A DNA stretch of 64,000 bases from Phoronis australis (lineage: Eukaryota; Animalia; Phoronida). How positions within the stretch are numbered: position 1 is the first letter of the stretch; each line of letters starts with the position of its first letter. Positions 13,501-28,500 of the stretch are shown one piece after another. The translations under genes and the position numbers were made by a program. The DNA is taken from assembly GCA_002633005.1 (NCBI GenBank), contig NMRA01000692.1, positions 73,933-137,932 on the forward strand, read 5' to 3'. The notes below the pieces were generated by a model. The model saw nothing but the letters and a program-made list of their open reading frames with translations, was not told where the DNA came from and did not search any database.

Positions 13501-16500
13501 CAATTCTTTTAATTGTTGTATTATACCACGGCATATTAATGCGTAGAAACGGCGCACAACTAGTGACTGGTTTAACATGACAAATACACATACGCGGTCT
13601 GAAAACAGTGGAATTCAGACACCTATTACCAAGCCTGCCTGAAGGGCTGACAAAGTTTTTATTGTATTACTTTCAAGGGCATGGAGTCTTCTACATGTCC
13701 ATGTTATTATTTTTAGTTTTCTCGCGGGGGCAGCTTCGCTATAAGGGTACAACTTACTGCTGGTTTTTCAAAAGACGGAAATGTACCTCCACGGAAACAG
13801 TTCCAGTGTTACCATGGTAACCGACATTGCAGTGTCGGTGCCGTTTTTACTGACAATGGTCATGAACCTATCATGTGATATCAAAATTGTTCAGAAACGA
13901 TTCTGTTTGAGGCAGAAACTGGAGTAGAAAATTTGGTCAAAAATGACTCATTCCACACCAAGAAATTGCCTCATTTTGCCCCCCAGAACACTTCCCTTGT
14001 ATCTCCTAAACCACCAAACTTTGTGGTGTCATACTTCACCCGTTTTCTCTCATTCCTAATGTGATTTATCAGACTAAACATGGATCTGAATGGTTGACCC
14101 CCCACCTTGCCGCTTGTTGGCTGTACAGTGGTCGGTGGATCCGTGGACTAATACTTAATACATGCACAATATTAGTGAGAATATGAGGTTCCAAAAGCTC
14201 AAAATCAGTAACTTCAATAGAAATATAGCAACATTAACAGTACGACAAACTATAGGCAGACAAATGATTAGGAATTCACGCTTCTGACAGCAGGACACAA
14301 GCCTAATTCATTGACATAGAGGCCTTCAGTCGTGAACGAAAGTGAATTTACTACAACATGCCAAAACTCTTGTCTATAAATGGTGTGTACTACAACACAA
14401 CAAAACTCCTGTCTATGTGTTGTGTGTACTACAACATGCCAAAACTCCTGTCTACGAGTGGTGCGTACTACAACATGTCAAAATTCCTATCTACGAGTGG
14501 TGTATACTACAACATGCCAAAACTCCTGTCTAAGAGTGGTGCGTACTATAACATGTCAAAACTCCTGTCTATGAGCCCCACTATCACATTGTGCAATTGA
14601 GAAAAACCAGAAATGCCAATGTGCCTTTTTTAACAACTTGAATATTGTTTCTGATATACATTAATCAAAACAAAACAGAATTTGCCAGTGGAAGGTACTA
14701 CATGTGTCACATAGCCACACTAGCTGTGGCCACCATGTGCAAAAGATATTTCCCTCTGACATCATTGTCAACTGCCCAGTATATGTGGAACCCTTTATTT
14801 CACAGTAAACCATGATGAGTACCTCAACTGTTTTGAGAATGTCCCTGAAACTTGACCGCTGCGTCTTTCTGTCTTTCTTTGCACGGAACTTATTGCTATC
14901 CGTGGCCAAGTCTTTTAGTGTTGCACAAATCTGAGCAATGTCATCGCTGTCATAATCCTAAACAATACAAGTTTGTAGATATAGAATACAGAAATAGAAA
15001 AGAGATAGAACTGCAAGCATATGAAATGAGAATTTCTAGTAAAACAAAACACAACTGTCATTTTCTGTCAGTATTGATTTTCTGTCAGTATTGATCACTC
15101 TGTGTCAAAAAACGGTCAACAATTGGTAAACTTCTGCTAAATCAAATCGCATTACGTACATTTCTTGACATAATGTAATACAAGAACTGCTTTAAAGGAG
15201 AACACAACATCAGTAACCGGTGGTAACGGCACAGCAAGACACCAATCTTGGTTCTGCATCTACTTGCAATGATCAAGCACAATGACCCAGTCATTCTTGA
15301 ACACAGTGTGTGTTGGGTCATTGGTGTTTGCAATGCAAGTGGATGTCTTATGTGCCATTATCGTTATTACGTTAACACCTTTTCAAGTCAAAATTTCATT
15401 TTTAAGAATGGTACATTCATAGCAAAATAACCCCCGTCAATTTTAATAGCACCATGTTTAATGAAAACTTCACCAATTACTTCAGCAAGAGCAACGCAGA
15501 GCAGTGAAATGGCCCACGAATGCATCGCAAATGGTGTGCTTTTAGGGTTATTTATTTGTATCAAAAATGGCCACTAGATGGTGCAAAAACGTACAATCCA
15601 CCCAAAAACGAGAACATGCCATATTTCATAAAAATCTGTCAAGGAACTACAGAGAAACAAAGGAAAACAGAACAAAATAAAATTGCCACGTGTAGGCACA
15701 GCGTCCGTTCGATCCGCCTGAAAGTCGTCGTCTGTTATCTTCATATAAATTCACATACTAAATTTAATGAAGATCCTGCAGTGGGTTTTGGAGATACAGC
15801 TTTGGGTAAAAAACAAAACAAAACTACCACTAAGACAAGAAGATTTGAAAATAGCAAAAATGGCAACTAGGTGGCACAAAATAACTCGGTTCCATCCAAA
15901 AACAAGAAGACAGCGTCATCTCACCAATACATGCCTATATTCAAAATTTTATGAAAATCTGTTGAGGATCTTTGAAGATACAGACTGGAAAACGTAAAAA
16001 ACTAAAATTGCCACTAGGGGGCATACCAGTTGTCAGATCCGTCCGAAAATCGCCGTCGTCTGTTGTCAACATCATATAAATACACTCGCTAAATAAAGTA
16101 AAGATCCTGCACACAGTTTAGGAGATACAGCCATGAGTGCAAAAAACAAAACTCCCACCAGGAGGCACCACAGTAGTCAAGCTCGTCGGAAAATCATCGT
16201 CAGCCATCCACTTCATAGTAAAAACATACATGCCAATTTTCACAATTATCCTGAAAGCGGTTTGATTGATAGACGAGTGAAAACCAAAAAACAGACTCGA
16301 AAACAGTAAAAATAGCCACTAGGTGGCGCAAACTAGGTCGAATCCTTTTGAAAACTGAGAGATAGCGACACCTCATTAAAAGAAGCCTGTATGCCAAATT
16401 TTATGAAAATATGTTGAGGACCTTTGAACATACATAGGTAAACGTAAAAAAATAAAATTGCCACTAGGTGGCACACCAGTAGTCAGATCCGTCTGAAAGT

Positions 16501-19500
16501 CGTCGTCCTCCGTTGTTAACAGCATATAAATACACTTACTAAATTAAGTAAAGTTCCTGCGGTTTAGGAGATACAGCCATAGGCGCAAAAAAAACAAAAC
16601 TGTCACTAGGAGGCGCCAGAGTAGTCGAAATCGTCGGAAAATCATCGTCAGCCGTCCACTTCATAGTAAGAACATACGTGCCAATTTTCACAATTGTCCT
16701 TTGAGCGGTTTTGGTTGATAGAAGTGTGGACGCAAAATTACAGTCTCAAAAACAGTAATAATGCGTCCACATATAAATATGTGGGGGCATAAAAATGGCC
16801 ACGAGGTGGCGCAAACTATGTCGAATCCATCCGAAAATGGGAGGATAGTGACATCTCACTAATAGATGCCTATATACCAAATTATATGAGAATACGTTGA
16901 GGACCTTTGAAGATATAAAGGTAAGCGTAAAAAACTAAAATGGCCAGTAGGGGCACACCGTCCTACCCATGAAAGGAACATAAGTGCAAAATTTCATGAA
17001 CCTATGTCAAAGAGTTTTGGAGACCGAGCAGCAGACGCTGGACGGATGGACAGAGATGACGGCATAATGCGTCCACATATAAATATGTGGGCGCATAAAA
17101 ATGTCTGGTTTCCCCTTCAAATAAATGACCAGGTTCTACGACAGTAGCCAGGCCTCATTAGTGGGTTTTTCCACATCACAAGAGTACGAGAATTCCCTTA
17201 AGATATCCGCATAGACCCACCTTGTCAATGTCTCTGGCTAGTTCATACAGTAAAGATATCCTCATACACTCACCTCGTCAATCTCTCTGGCAAGTTCATA
17301 CAGCATTGCTATTGCTTCGCCGGCCTCAATTCGCAGGTCAACTTGATTGCTTCTTAGTAGTTCACACATTTTGCCTAGATGACTGGAATGGTTAAGGACA
17401 ACACTTAACTATCAAGTAAAACATATTCAAGGTGTCTCATTTTTAAGGCACAAAACGTTTCTTCATGTCAACATCTGTGCACTATTATGTTATACCCTTC
17501 AAGTATAGAGAAAAAGAACTGACAACTAAGAACTACCCATGATTGAGATACAAGAATCACTGTACAGTCGTGCTATTCTTGATTAATTGGGGCGAATTCC
17601 ATCCACAATGCTGCTGTTGTTGTTCAAATATACTGTGGACTATTGGTTTGTAAACATTTGGTGACGTAACAACTAAACAAAATGATGGAAAACAACACTT
17701 GTGAGCACCAGCATCAACAGCACAGGGTAGACTGCATCATGCAAGCACAACAAAGCAACACTCATAGCAATGATTGAAAGCGAACGTCAAAATGCATCGA
17801 ATAAATACTAGCATAAATTAGCATCCGCACACACTAAGTCAAATCTCAGCAATCAGACAACACATCTACAAGTTATGAGATGTCACCGAATGCATTTGAA
17901 AAACAATACAAACAACGTACATAAAATCCCCCAAATTCATTTGCGCAGGCCTGTATAGCACCGAGTCACAACTAAGACATGAATTTTGTAGATGTTGCTA
18001 TGCTTCCGTAATCAGTAACCCGTACAAACTAACTGGCTTCAATGAATGTTTTTCTTGAGAGCCAAATGAATGCATTATATTTACAGAGCATATAAAGTGA
18101 CTTCCGTCTGATGGCATGTATGATGCATTACCCAATGTATTTGTTAATTTAATGGAATGTGCTCACAATACATAGAAACATCTCACCATTGAAACAATTT
18201 ATATTATTTTTCATTCAGATCAAATTCTTGATGAAAAAATTCCTGATTTTTTAGAAAACTGTTCTGACACAATGAAGCCATTGGCATCCTCTGTTTACCA
18301 TATTGCCAAGGGAGTCAGACGATTCTGCAACATTGGGAGAGAATTTTCAAACAAATGAATACTAAAACCACCCGTTAAATGACTTACGAGTAAAAAGTGG
18401 CGCGACCAATCAGAACTTACTGCTTCAAATACTTACCTATCTACAAGCAGACGTATACTAGATGAGGGACACACTGACAACAGGAGTGTCCATGATGAGA
18501 GTGCACTGGCATGGAAGGTGGTGACCTCTGGTGTGTGAAGAGGTACTGAACCATCACCCTTTAAATAAGACAGTCTGAAGATACCCTCAAATGTCTTCAT
18601 AAGATCTTGTACTTCCTGAAATGACAAAATGCCTTCTAAGTTAAAGCACTATAATAATACACGGCAGTTCTGTATAGTAACGAGTGAAAATGCCCTGCCT
18701 ACAGATATTCTCTTATCTCAGTGCACTTCTAACAAACCCACAAGAAATGCCATTGACCTAAAGTAAACATACAGCTTTGACCAAAAGAAGAAAGCCAGCT
18801 TTAACCTGAAGCAGAAATCCTGCTTTGACCAAAAGAATATGAATATTATGTCATGACTCTTTCGTCATATCAAATGTCAACCTGTCCTTAATACTTTGCA
18901 TAATAAACTAAATCACACTTTAATTATTCACAACAACTTAACCAAATTATAAGAACTCACCAAAATATCTGTACAAGCAACAAAATGTCCCAAACCCAGG
19001 GCTGTTGCACACTAAAAATAGAACAAATAACAATTTACTGAAAGAATTGTTACTAAAATCACATATTTTACAAGAGCAACGTAAAGCCTTGAAGTGCGCC
19101 CATGACAGCACCGCAAATGATGTGCTTCTACAGTGTTTTTAGAATCGCAAAAATGGCCATTAGATGGCGCAGAATTCACCAAACCCGTCCAAATAGAGAA
19201 GGAGGCGTCGTCTCTGTAATATACAACAATTTGCCTATTTTCATGAAAAAAAGCCAAGGAATTCCTAGGATTTAGAGGAAAGCGTAAAAAAACAATTAAT
19301 ACCTGGGTCACAGCTACAGTCTGATTGGTCGAAAATTATCATCATCTGTTGCCATGTCTACAGGAGCCCATCTGCCAAATTTTGCAAAGGTCCTTTAAAA
19401 GGTTAAGACGATACAGCTGTAGATGCAAAAAAGCAAAATTGCCCCTAGGGGACACCAGTATAGTGGAAAACATCCAAACGTCAATGTCAGCTGGGGTCAC

Positions 19501-22500
19501 AGGAACGCAACCGTCAATTTTCATAATGATCCTTCGAGTGGTTTGGCAGATAGAGAGGCAGACGTCAAAAGTATAATTTTTTAAATGGTCACCAGGTGGA
19601 GCACAAAACATCAAATCTGTCCATAAATATAAAGGCGTTGTCGTCTCATTAATAGGAGCCTGTTTGCCACATTGCAAGAATCTGCATTAACTTCGAAAAA
19701 AAATTTTGCTACCAGGGGGCACGACATTTGGAACAGTTAAAATGGCCACAAGGTGGCGTAAAATCCGTCAAATCCGAAAATGGAATGGCATCATCATATC
19801 CTTATTAAAAACCTATTTGCTGAATTTCACGAAAATCCATCAAGGAACTGCATAGACACAGAGGCAAACGTAAAGAAAAACTCAAACTGCCACTAGGGGG
19901 CACAGTGGTACTCGGATCGGTCCTAAACTCCTTATCTGTCGTCAGTTGCATAGGAACACACCTGCCAAATTTTAATAAGATCCTGCAAGAGGTTCAGGAG
20001 ATACAGCTGTGGACGATGGACGCCCAGACATAGATGACAACAATATGCACCCCCATATTAATATGTGGGTTCATGAAAAGTAACACCGAACTAACCACAC
20101 ATCACAATCATCCACAAAGGACACAAAGGCACTTATTTTGCACCTGCTTTCGTACACCAAAAAATTTGTAACCTCAGAGATTAAAGAAATATGACATGGT
20201 GTAAAAAGCAGACAACACCTGCAAACTCCTCCCTACATTTAACAATGAACTGAAGGGTCAGTTCACCAAGGTGAGCATGAATGTTCCAATGCAAATCACA
20301 GATGTGAGCCAGAGTTGGGACATACACACAACTGTGAATAACGTTCTCTATGATCAGCATGCAAAGAATTCAAGTTCAGCATGTCTTCCTCTCTTACTTC
20401 TTCCCTCTCTTGCTCTCCTTCCCTCTAAAATATTTACTGTCAAAATGTAACACAACTAACAACAGAAATAACGCAACTAACTGCAGGCATCATACGGAGA
20501 CTTGACCCATAATGCACTCACCGCGGACCGCGCCTTAAGTGGCATTGCATTGTTCAACATCACCGTCTGCATGGTTGGCTTCAACATCCTCAAGCACTCC
20601 TCCCCATCGCTGTTGCCCCCCAGCTGCAACATCACCAACATGGCGCACATGGCAGCAGCAGTCTGCTCATCACTGCCACCTTTCTTCAGGCAGCGGTCGA
20701 TGGCATCTGTGATGGTCACTTTCCTACGGCAAAAAAGACAGATTTATGAAATAACATGTTCTGCTAAATTCCTCTTTTGTCCGTTTCATTATGATATTAA
20801 AAGTCATTTTCACGGGTCCTGCATTTCGAGAACAAGTTTCTATAATGAATAACAGACATCAAATTGGATGTCAAAATGAGGAAACCCATTGTGGTAGCAA
20901 AACGCTGGGAATGAAACCTTTGAGATGTTACATTACCATTCACCCCTTCAATGAATGATGGACACACACTATCTACACAACAAGCCCATGAAGTGGATGT
21001 TAATATTCATTCATTCAATGAATGATGACATATGCTATTTATACAATAAGCCGATGTAGTGGTCAGAATTATGGTACAAATAAGGAAGTATTGTGAAGTC
21101 CTGGAGTAACGGAATATTTTAACCTAAAGCTACTTGATGATCCAAACCCAGTAGTGAGAGTGATAAACGCGTGAAATCTTCTTTTCTCATTCTAAATTCT
21201 GGTATCAGGTGGAGTTTCACTAACTTTGCGCCCTCGAAAGATATGCATGAATTTTGAGGTCAGTGCAAGTCAGAATACAAGCACATGTGAGGTCAGTGGA
21301 AGTCAGAATACCATCACATGTGAGGGGAGTGGAAGTCAGAATACCATCACATATGAGGGAAGTGCAAGTCAGAATACCATCACATGTGAGGGCAGTGCAA
21401 CAAGTCAGAACACAATCACGTGTGAGGGGAGTGCAAGTCAGAATACAATCACATCACTCTCACAGAAATATTCTAGATAACTTGAACTCCAGGGATTTCA
21501 TATTCTGAAAACGGATAACAAATATAGCGCTTCATTTCTTTGTTTTTGACCGATCACATGCCCGCACATATATCCATAGTGTCAAATTTGGTGAATGTTC
21601 ACACTGAAATTGGGACCAATTAACTCACCTATCTATGATGAACTCGTCAATGTATTTCTTTGAAAATGCTTGACACATCCCCTGAAGGCAGTTAATTCTT
21701 CCTTTGGAACTGAAAATAAAGCCAGGTTTAATAGCTCAATGGCCACGTTCAGGGGTGCTAGAACCAGTTTTGCATTATTTCACTCTNNNNNNNNNNNNNN
21801 NNNNNNNNNNNNNNNNNNNNNNNNNNNNNNNNNNNNNNNNNNNNNNNNNNNNNNNNNNNNNNNNNNNNNNNNNNNNNNNNNNNNNNNNNNNNNNNNNNNN
21901 NNNNNNNNNNNNNNNNNNNNNNNNNNNNNNNNNNNNNNNNNNNNNNNNNNNNNNNNNNNNNNNNNNNNNNNNNNNNNNNNNNNNNNNNNNNNNNNNNNNN
22001 NNNNNNNNNNNNNNNNNNNNNNNNNNNNNNNNNNNNNNNNNNNNNNNNNNNNNNNNNNNNNNNNNNNNNNNNNNNNNNNNNNNNNNNNNNNNNNNNNNNN
22101 NNNNNNNNNNNNNNNNNNNNNNNNNNNNNNNNNNNNNNNNNNNNNNNNNNNNNNNNNNNNNNNNNNNNNNNNNNACCACACACTACAGGTGGCAGGGTTG
22201 TGGAGTAGGGGTATAGCCAGAAGACCAAACACTACAGGTGGCAGGGTTATGGAGTAGGAATATAGCCAGGAGACCACACACTACAGGTGGCAGGGTTGTG
22301 GAGTAGTAGTATAGCCAGAAGACCACACCCTACAGGTGGCAGGGTTGTGGAGTAGGACTATAGCCAGAAGACCACACACTACAGGGGGCTGAGTTGCCGA
22401 GTAACAAAACGGCTTCAAGCCTGCACAACATGTTTCAAAAACCAGTCATTTGTATAGCCTTGCACCGTCCATGCTGAGTCTGTCCATAATTAGTGTGTCT

Positions 22501-25500
22501 AATGAAGCCATACCTACCTCTTCTGTGATGTACCATCTATACAGTCCTTCAGCTTTTCCTCAAACTGCTCCTGCGCACTGGTTTCATCTACTTCATTATC
22601 ACCTAGCAACAAGAACAAATAATACATTATCACCACACAACAAGAACTGATAATACTGGCAGATAGATGAATTACTAGAGCACGACTTGACGTAACCAGT
22701 TGCAGATTCGATTTGTGACCTGAACTGTGGAAATGCAAGCTGAGATTTTGTCCAACTTGCGGTAGTCACAGTGTGCAACTTGGGCATCCCAGTGATTGCA
22801 AGCTGAGACGCATTGCCTGATAATGCAACAGCAGCATTTTTTTATTTGAACAAGAAAATAAGGTACTGGAACACCAGTTATAGCTCACCCCAAAAGTAGC
22901 ATTTTTTTGGCTTATCAAGTGTGCGTGAGCCAAATTTCGAATTTGTAAGTTCTCGACAAGTCCCGTTTTTCATCGCCATTAGCGACAGCAAATGCGGAAA
23001 TAGCGATAAGATATTCCAGCGTTACCAAGTGGTGATTAAAAGTGGCTATTGAGTACAGTAGGTTTCACCAACAACAGTTCTGTCGCCCTCAGATTAGTTT
23101 TTGATTAACAAATTTACAACATGACAAACATGTAACCCAACATTGTCAGACTTGATTCAATGCCAGCTGCAGCTCTTTAAGTCGAACGCTATCAGTTTCC
23201 TTTGAACTCATAACCCAGATTTCATTTTGATATACCTGTTGCGTATGAATACATACCTGGTGTGAATGAATACATACCTGGTGCATTACCATCCTCCAGG
23301 GCACTTGAACCACTACTGATGATACTAACATTGTCAGGAGTGTCTTGAACACCAAACTCATCATCACTGGGCTCGCGTGATCCCCTGGCCGCTTTCTTTG
23401 AATCTATAACGACCAATTAATGACAAAATAAAGTTAAAACGAAATTCCCGCTTATCTCAGCTCTACTTGTGAAAGGATACACACCATCTCAACCCAACAG
23501 GGGTTTGTCTCATAGACTTAGTTTCCAGGGAGTTTAGCAAGACCATGCAACCATGCAAGATAATCTTACTGAAAGTCTGGATGAGACACATTACGTCAAC
23601 TTGACAAATGCAATCCAGCAAAATATCTAGGTCACCAAAAGAAGGACACACATATGGTGTGCAGCCAACGTCTTAGCCCCTACAAATGACCATCGAACCA
23701 TGATTGTATCAACGTAGATATGACAGATGAAAAAAGCTGCAAGTTGGGCATTTTCTTAAAGTCACTCCATGTTGGATTGCTTTCCGAAAAGTCTCGTTTA
23801 ATCTCATTACTACGAGTCACAGTTCTTGAGATCATAGCGCTGGTCTTAAACGGTGGATTGCTTTGATTGGCTACTCTCCCACTGGGGGCCAATCAAAGCA
23901 ATTAATCCACGGTTGTAAAGCCGGTCCAATTTTTTTTAATGTTTATTACGAAATCTTCAGAATACAATGAATATACATGACCCAGAAAGCGCCAAGAGGC
24001 ATTAGATCTGGGTAAAAAAATACAAAGAAGTCTATATACAATTACAATACACGAATACATAAATAAAAAAAACTGATTTTAAGGTTAAAATGATATAATT
24101 ACGAATGTAAATAATTCATTTTCATACATGTATACAATTCTATCCACTCACACAAAGAGATTTAATGTTATAAAGAAATTCTGATAATATTTCACATAAA
24201 AGCTTATTTTCATTTGGGTTGAGTTTTTGACATCCATATAGAAAAAAAATAATTTTGTTGTACAATTGTGGAATTTCAGAATATTTTTTGTGAACGTTGG
24301 GTATTGTTTGAGTGTCTGGAAAAGCTGTACCCTCTGCTCCTTGCATACGTCACAAGCAAAGAAAACATGAGGATATGTCTGGGTGTCTCCACAGGAACAC
24401 AGAGGCGAAATATTATTAAAATTATGTCTAAATTTCTCGTTGTTTAGGAATAGACCACATCTTGATCTGTAAAGGGTTATTTCATGGTTGCGAGGAAGTT
24501 GGAATGATGTTGATGGGACTGGCAAGTCTTGAGTAGTGGTATGCATTTTAAAGTTATTTTTGAGAGTGGCGATTGAAGTACTTTCTTTTATTTTGAATGG
24601 TAAGGAATTCCAGTTGTCAATACTAGTTAATATCGTTGATCTCCTGAAGGCTTGGCTGATGGAAGATGGAATAGTGTGCATTATACTTTGCCGCAGTCCT
24701 GGTCTCGTACTTGGTCTTTTGTAGGAGTCAAAGAGGATTTTGTTAAGAGTAATTGTTTATGTTGGTTAAGACTTTGAATGTATACATGGACAGGTGGAGT
24801 TTACGACGGGTTGCTAGTTTGCTCTAGTTGAGACTATTTAGAACCTTGATTGTGCTGAACCCTTTGTACGCCCGTTATCGCTAAAGCTGCTTGGTATTGT
24901 AGTCTTTCTAATTGAAGAAGTATGCCAGCGTTTGCCGATTGGAAGATTATGTCACAGTAATCTAGATGTGGAAGTACAAAAGACTTGAACAGAGTTTCAA
25001 GATGCATGGAGTTGGGATGAGAAGAGATAATTCTAATTGGATTAATTAATTTTTGTACTTTATGAATGAGTTCGCGACAATGAGGAGTAAAAATGTAAGC
25101 TTATGGTCGAGTAGCAATCCAAGATGTTTGTGCGTGAATTTATTGGGAATAACTTCCCCATTGAGTGATAGTTCCAGCGTTGGATTTGTTTGGAAATGAG
25201 ACTTATAGAATACATGATCAACACTTTTTTCAGGTTTAAATTTCAAACAGCAGTCGTTAGTTCACTAAGTCGCTGCATGTCAGCGCCACGAGCGGCTTTG
25301 TTGAAGTTCAATGGCATCGCAACTTCGCCGTTTGAAATAAAGTTGTTACAAAGAGTTTTTGTTGCGTAAATGATAATATCCTTCATGTTAAGAGGGATTT
25401 GTTTTCCAAAATGGTCTTTTGTCTACTTTCTGATGATTTTTTGCCATGATAAGATCTAATAATCAGGGCTTGGAATGACCAATGACAAAAAACGCGGAAA

Positions 25501-28500
25501 CTTTTACGGCCCAAATCATGAATCATGCCCGATAACCAGCCTTTGAAATGGTCCGCGACAAAAATCGGGAGGACTAAAAAAAAAAAACCCCTCAACCAGT
25601 AGCATGCGTCTGCGTCCTTTTCGCTCGCCCGTCCACTCCCAACCCACACATATTTGGCTGCAGAGCGGTAGTATTTGTCGCCGCGCTTAACAATAACACG
25701 NCAAGGCGTTTCAGTCATCATTTCATGATGATCAACGATGAGCACATTTTTACTAAATTAAATTTTCTTTATTTTTTCTTGATGCTAGCTACGTTGAATC
25801 TGGGACCTTTAGGCTGCCAGCCAAGTACTCTTAACGACTGCACCTATAGGGGAGGATCCAGGATTTTTTAAAAGGGGGGGTCGAATCACGGATTTTTTAA
25901 AAAAGGAGGTACAAGTCAACAATTTGAAAATTATAGATTTGATATCACTAAAATGAAGAGAAAACGGGGTGGGACCCCCTTGACCCCTGGATCCGCCTAT
26001 GAGCTAAAAAACAGTGCTTTATCACTGACCGAAAACAATGTGACACCAGATGGCCAGAGAAAGGCTGACCAAAGTGTAGTGAAAATGAGAGATTTGTGTA
26101 ACTAGACCAAGAGGTTTCCACAGCAGTTTTAGGAAGACAACATTATAATTACAGTATTTCATGTGAAATGAATCGCTGAAACGATTCTCACAGTGATGAG
26201 GGGGCCCACCCACACATGAGCTGTATTGCCTGTTAATTCAACGATAATTAGGATGAGAAGCAAAACTATCGAGTGATGGGACCAGCTTCAATTGAGCAGT
26301 TAATTAATAGTAAAATTACATTACAAATAAAATGCTCGTCTTGAACATCAATTGCTTTTTTCATGAATTAAAGCTGTCATCAGCTGTAACTCAAAAAAAT
26401 CTATTTGTCCAGGGAAACACACAATGTTCAACTTTAAACACAATTCCATTAATTTCCAAGTTTTTGCATTCTTGATTAGACACCTTGTATGAAACGCCCA
26501 GACATTTAGGTCCACTCTTAAGGCGCTACATTTTTGACACTCCTCGTTTTAATCTTTTTTCTTAATGTTTATTACGAAATCTTCAGAATACAATGAATAT
26601 ACATAACCCAGAAAGCGCCAAGAGGCATTAGATCTGGGTAAAAAAATACAAAGAAGTCTATATACAATGATTATATACGAATACATGAATAAAAAAACTG
26701 ATGTTAAGAATACAATGATATATGACAACGAATGAAAATAATTCATATTCATACAGATGTATAAAATTCTATCCACTCACACAAAGAGATTTAATGTTAT
26801 AAAGAAATTCTGATACTATTTCAAATAAAACCATATTTTCGTTAGAGTTAAGTTCTTGACATCCATATAGAAAGAAATTAATTTTGTGGTACAACTGCGG
26901 AATTTCAGAGTATTTTTTATAAACATTGGGGTATTGTTCGAGTGCCTGGAAGAGCTGTACCCTCTCCTCCTTGCATACCTCACAAGCAAAGAAAACATGA
27001 GGATATGTCTGGGTATCTCCACAGGAACACAGAGCCGAAATATTATTAAAACTATGTCTAAATTTCTCGTTGTTTAGGAATAGACCACATCTTGATCTGT
27101 ATAAGGTTATTTCATGGTTTGCGGGGAAGTTGGAATGATGTCAATGCGACTGGCAAGTCTGGAGTAGTGGTATGTATTTTAAAGTTATTTTTGAGAATGA
27201 CGATTGAAGTGCTTTCTTTTATTTTGAATGGTAAGGAATTCGTGTTGTCAATACAAGTTAATATCGTTGATCTTCTGAAGGCTTGGCTGATGGAGGCTGG
27301 AATAGTATACATATTGCTTTGCCGGAGTCCTGGTTTCGTGCTTGGTCTTTTGTAGGAGTCAAAGAGGATTTTGTTAGAGTAATTGTTTATGTTGGTTAAG
27401 ACTTTGAATGTATACATGGACAGGTGGAGTTTACGACGGGTTGCTAGTTTGCTCCAGTGAAGACTATTTAGAACCTTGATTGTGTTGGACCCTTTGTATG
27501 CCCCAGTTATGACTAAAGCTGCTTGGTATTGTAGTCTTTCTAATTGGAGAAGTATGCCAGCGTTTGCCGATTGGTAGATTATGTCACAGTAATCTATATG
27601 TTGAAGTACAAAAGACTTGAACAGAGTTTCAAGATGCATGGAGTTGAGATGACGAGAGATAATTCTAATTGGATTAATTAATTTTTGAACTTTTTGAACG
27701 AGTTCGCGACAATGAGGAGTAAATGCAAGCTTATGGTCGAGTAGCAAGCCAAGATGTTTGTGCGTGAACTTATTGGGGATAACTTCCCCATTGAGTGATA
27801 ATTCCAGAGTTGGATTTATTTGGAAATGAGTATTAGTAGACTTAGAAAATATAAGATGAACACTTTTTTCAGGTTTAAATTTCAGACATTTAGGTCCGCT
27901 CTTAAGGCGCTACATTTTTGACACTCCTTGTTTTAATCTCAGCTCTTACATTGCCTGCAAATCAATAACCTGCTTTTCACCAGAATTGGGACACAATTAT
28001 TATACATATCTATCACATGACCTGCACCACTGGCAACTTATCAACTTGAAGTCGCACTTTGGTAAAATACCTAGCAGACGATAAAAATCTCTCAGGCTTT
28101 TGAGCGCCCACACTCAACATGACACCTACTCTGCGGAAAGCAGAATACACGAGTTATGAGAACATTGTATCAAGGATACCCATGACTGCAGCCAGAAAGT
28201 GAAAAAGGATCTTCGGATCACAGGAAAAGAAATGCGACAAAAGAACTATGAAGAAAATTAAAGAGGTTGTAATGACACTATTTGTGCTGTTTGCGGGGAC
28301 GGCAATTACCTACCACGCTGTCTCGAATCTAACCAATTTTTTTCATTTTCCTATATTCCAAACTTGCTTTTGAACTTGTTCTGAATACCTACAGATTTTT
28401 CAGAACATTTTAATGAAAAAAAAATAAAATTTAAACTGTCTGTCAAATGCAGTCCTAAATTGTTGAGATTTTGTAAAGTGCATTACTTTACCTGCATGCT

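Noticed and set aside
14349-14575. Minisatellites (here and at 21254, 22175, 39853, 56086) as CRISPR arrays or repeat-protein exons
   Set aside because: Units are contiguous with no unique spacers, there are no cas genes, and they are intronic; the periodic ORFs have no splice support.
23852-23910. Imperfect hairpin (ttgctttgattggc...gccaatcaaagcaa)
   Set aside because: 14-bp stem next to a LINE tail; probably a repeat remnant, nothing further to support a function.
25200-27885. Apparent identical 5' truncation point of the two LINE copies
   Set aside because: The first copy continues past KFKPEK with RT-like sequence (DMQRLSE...), so the truncations differ.
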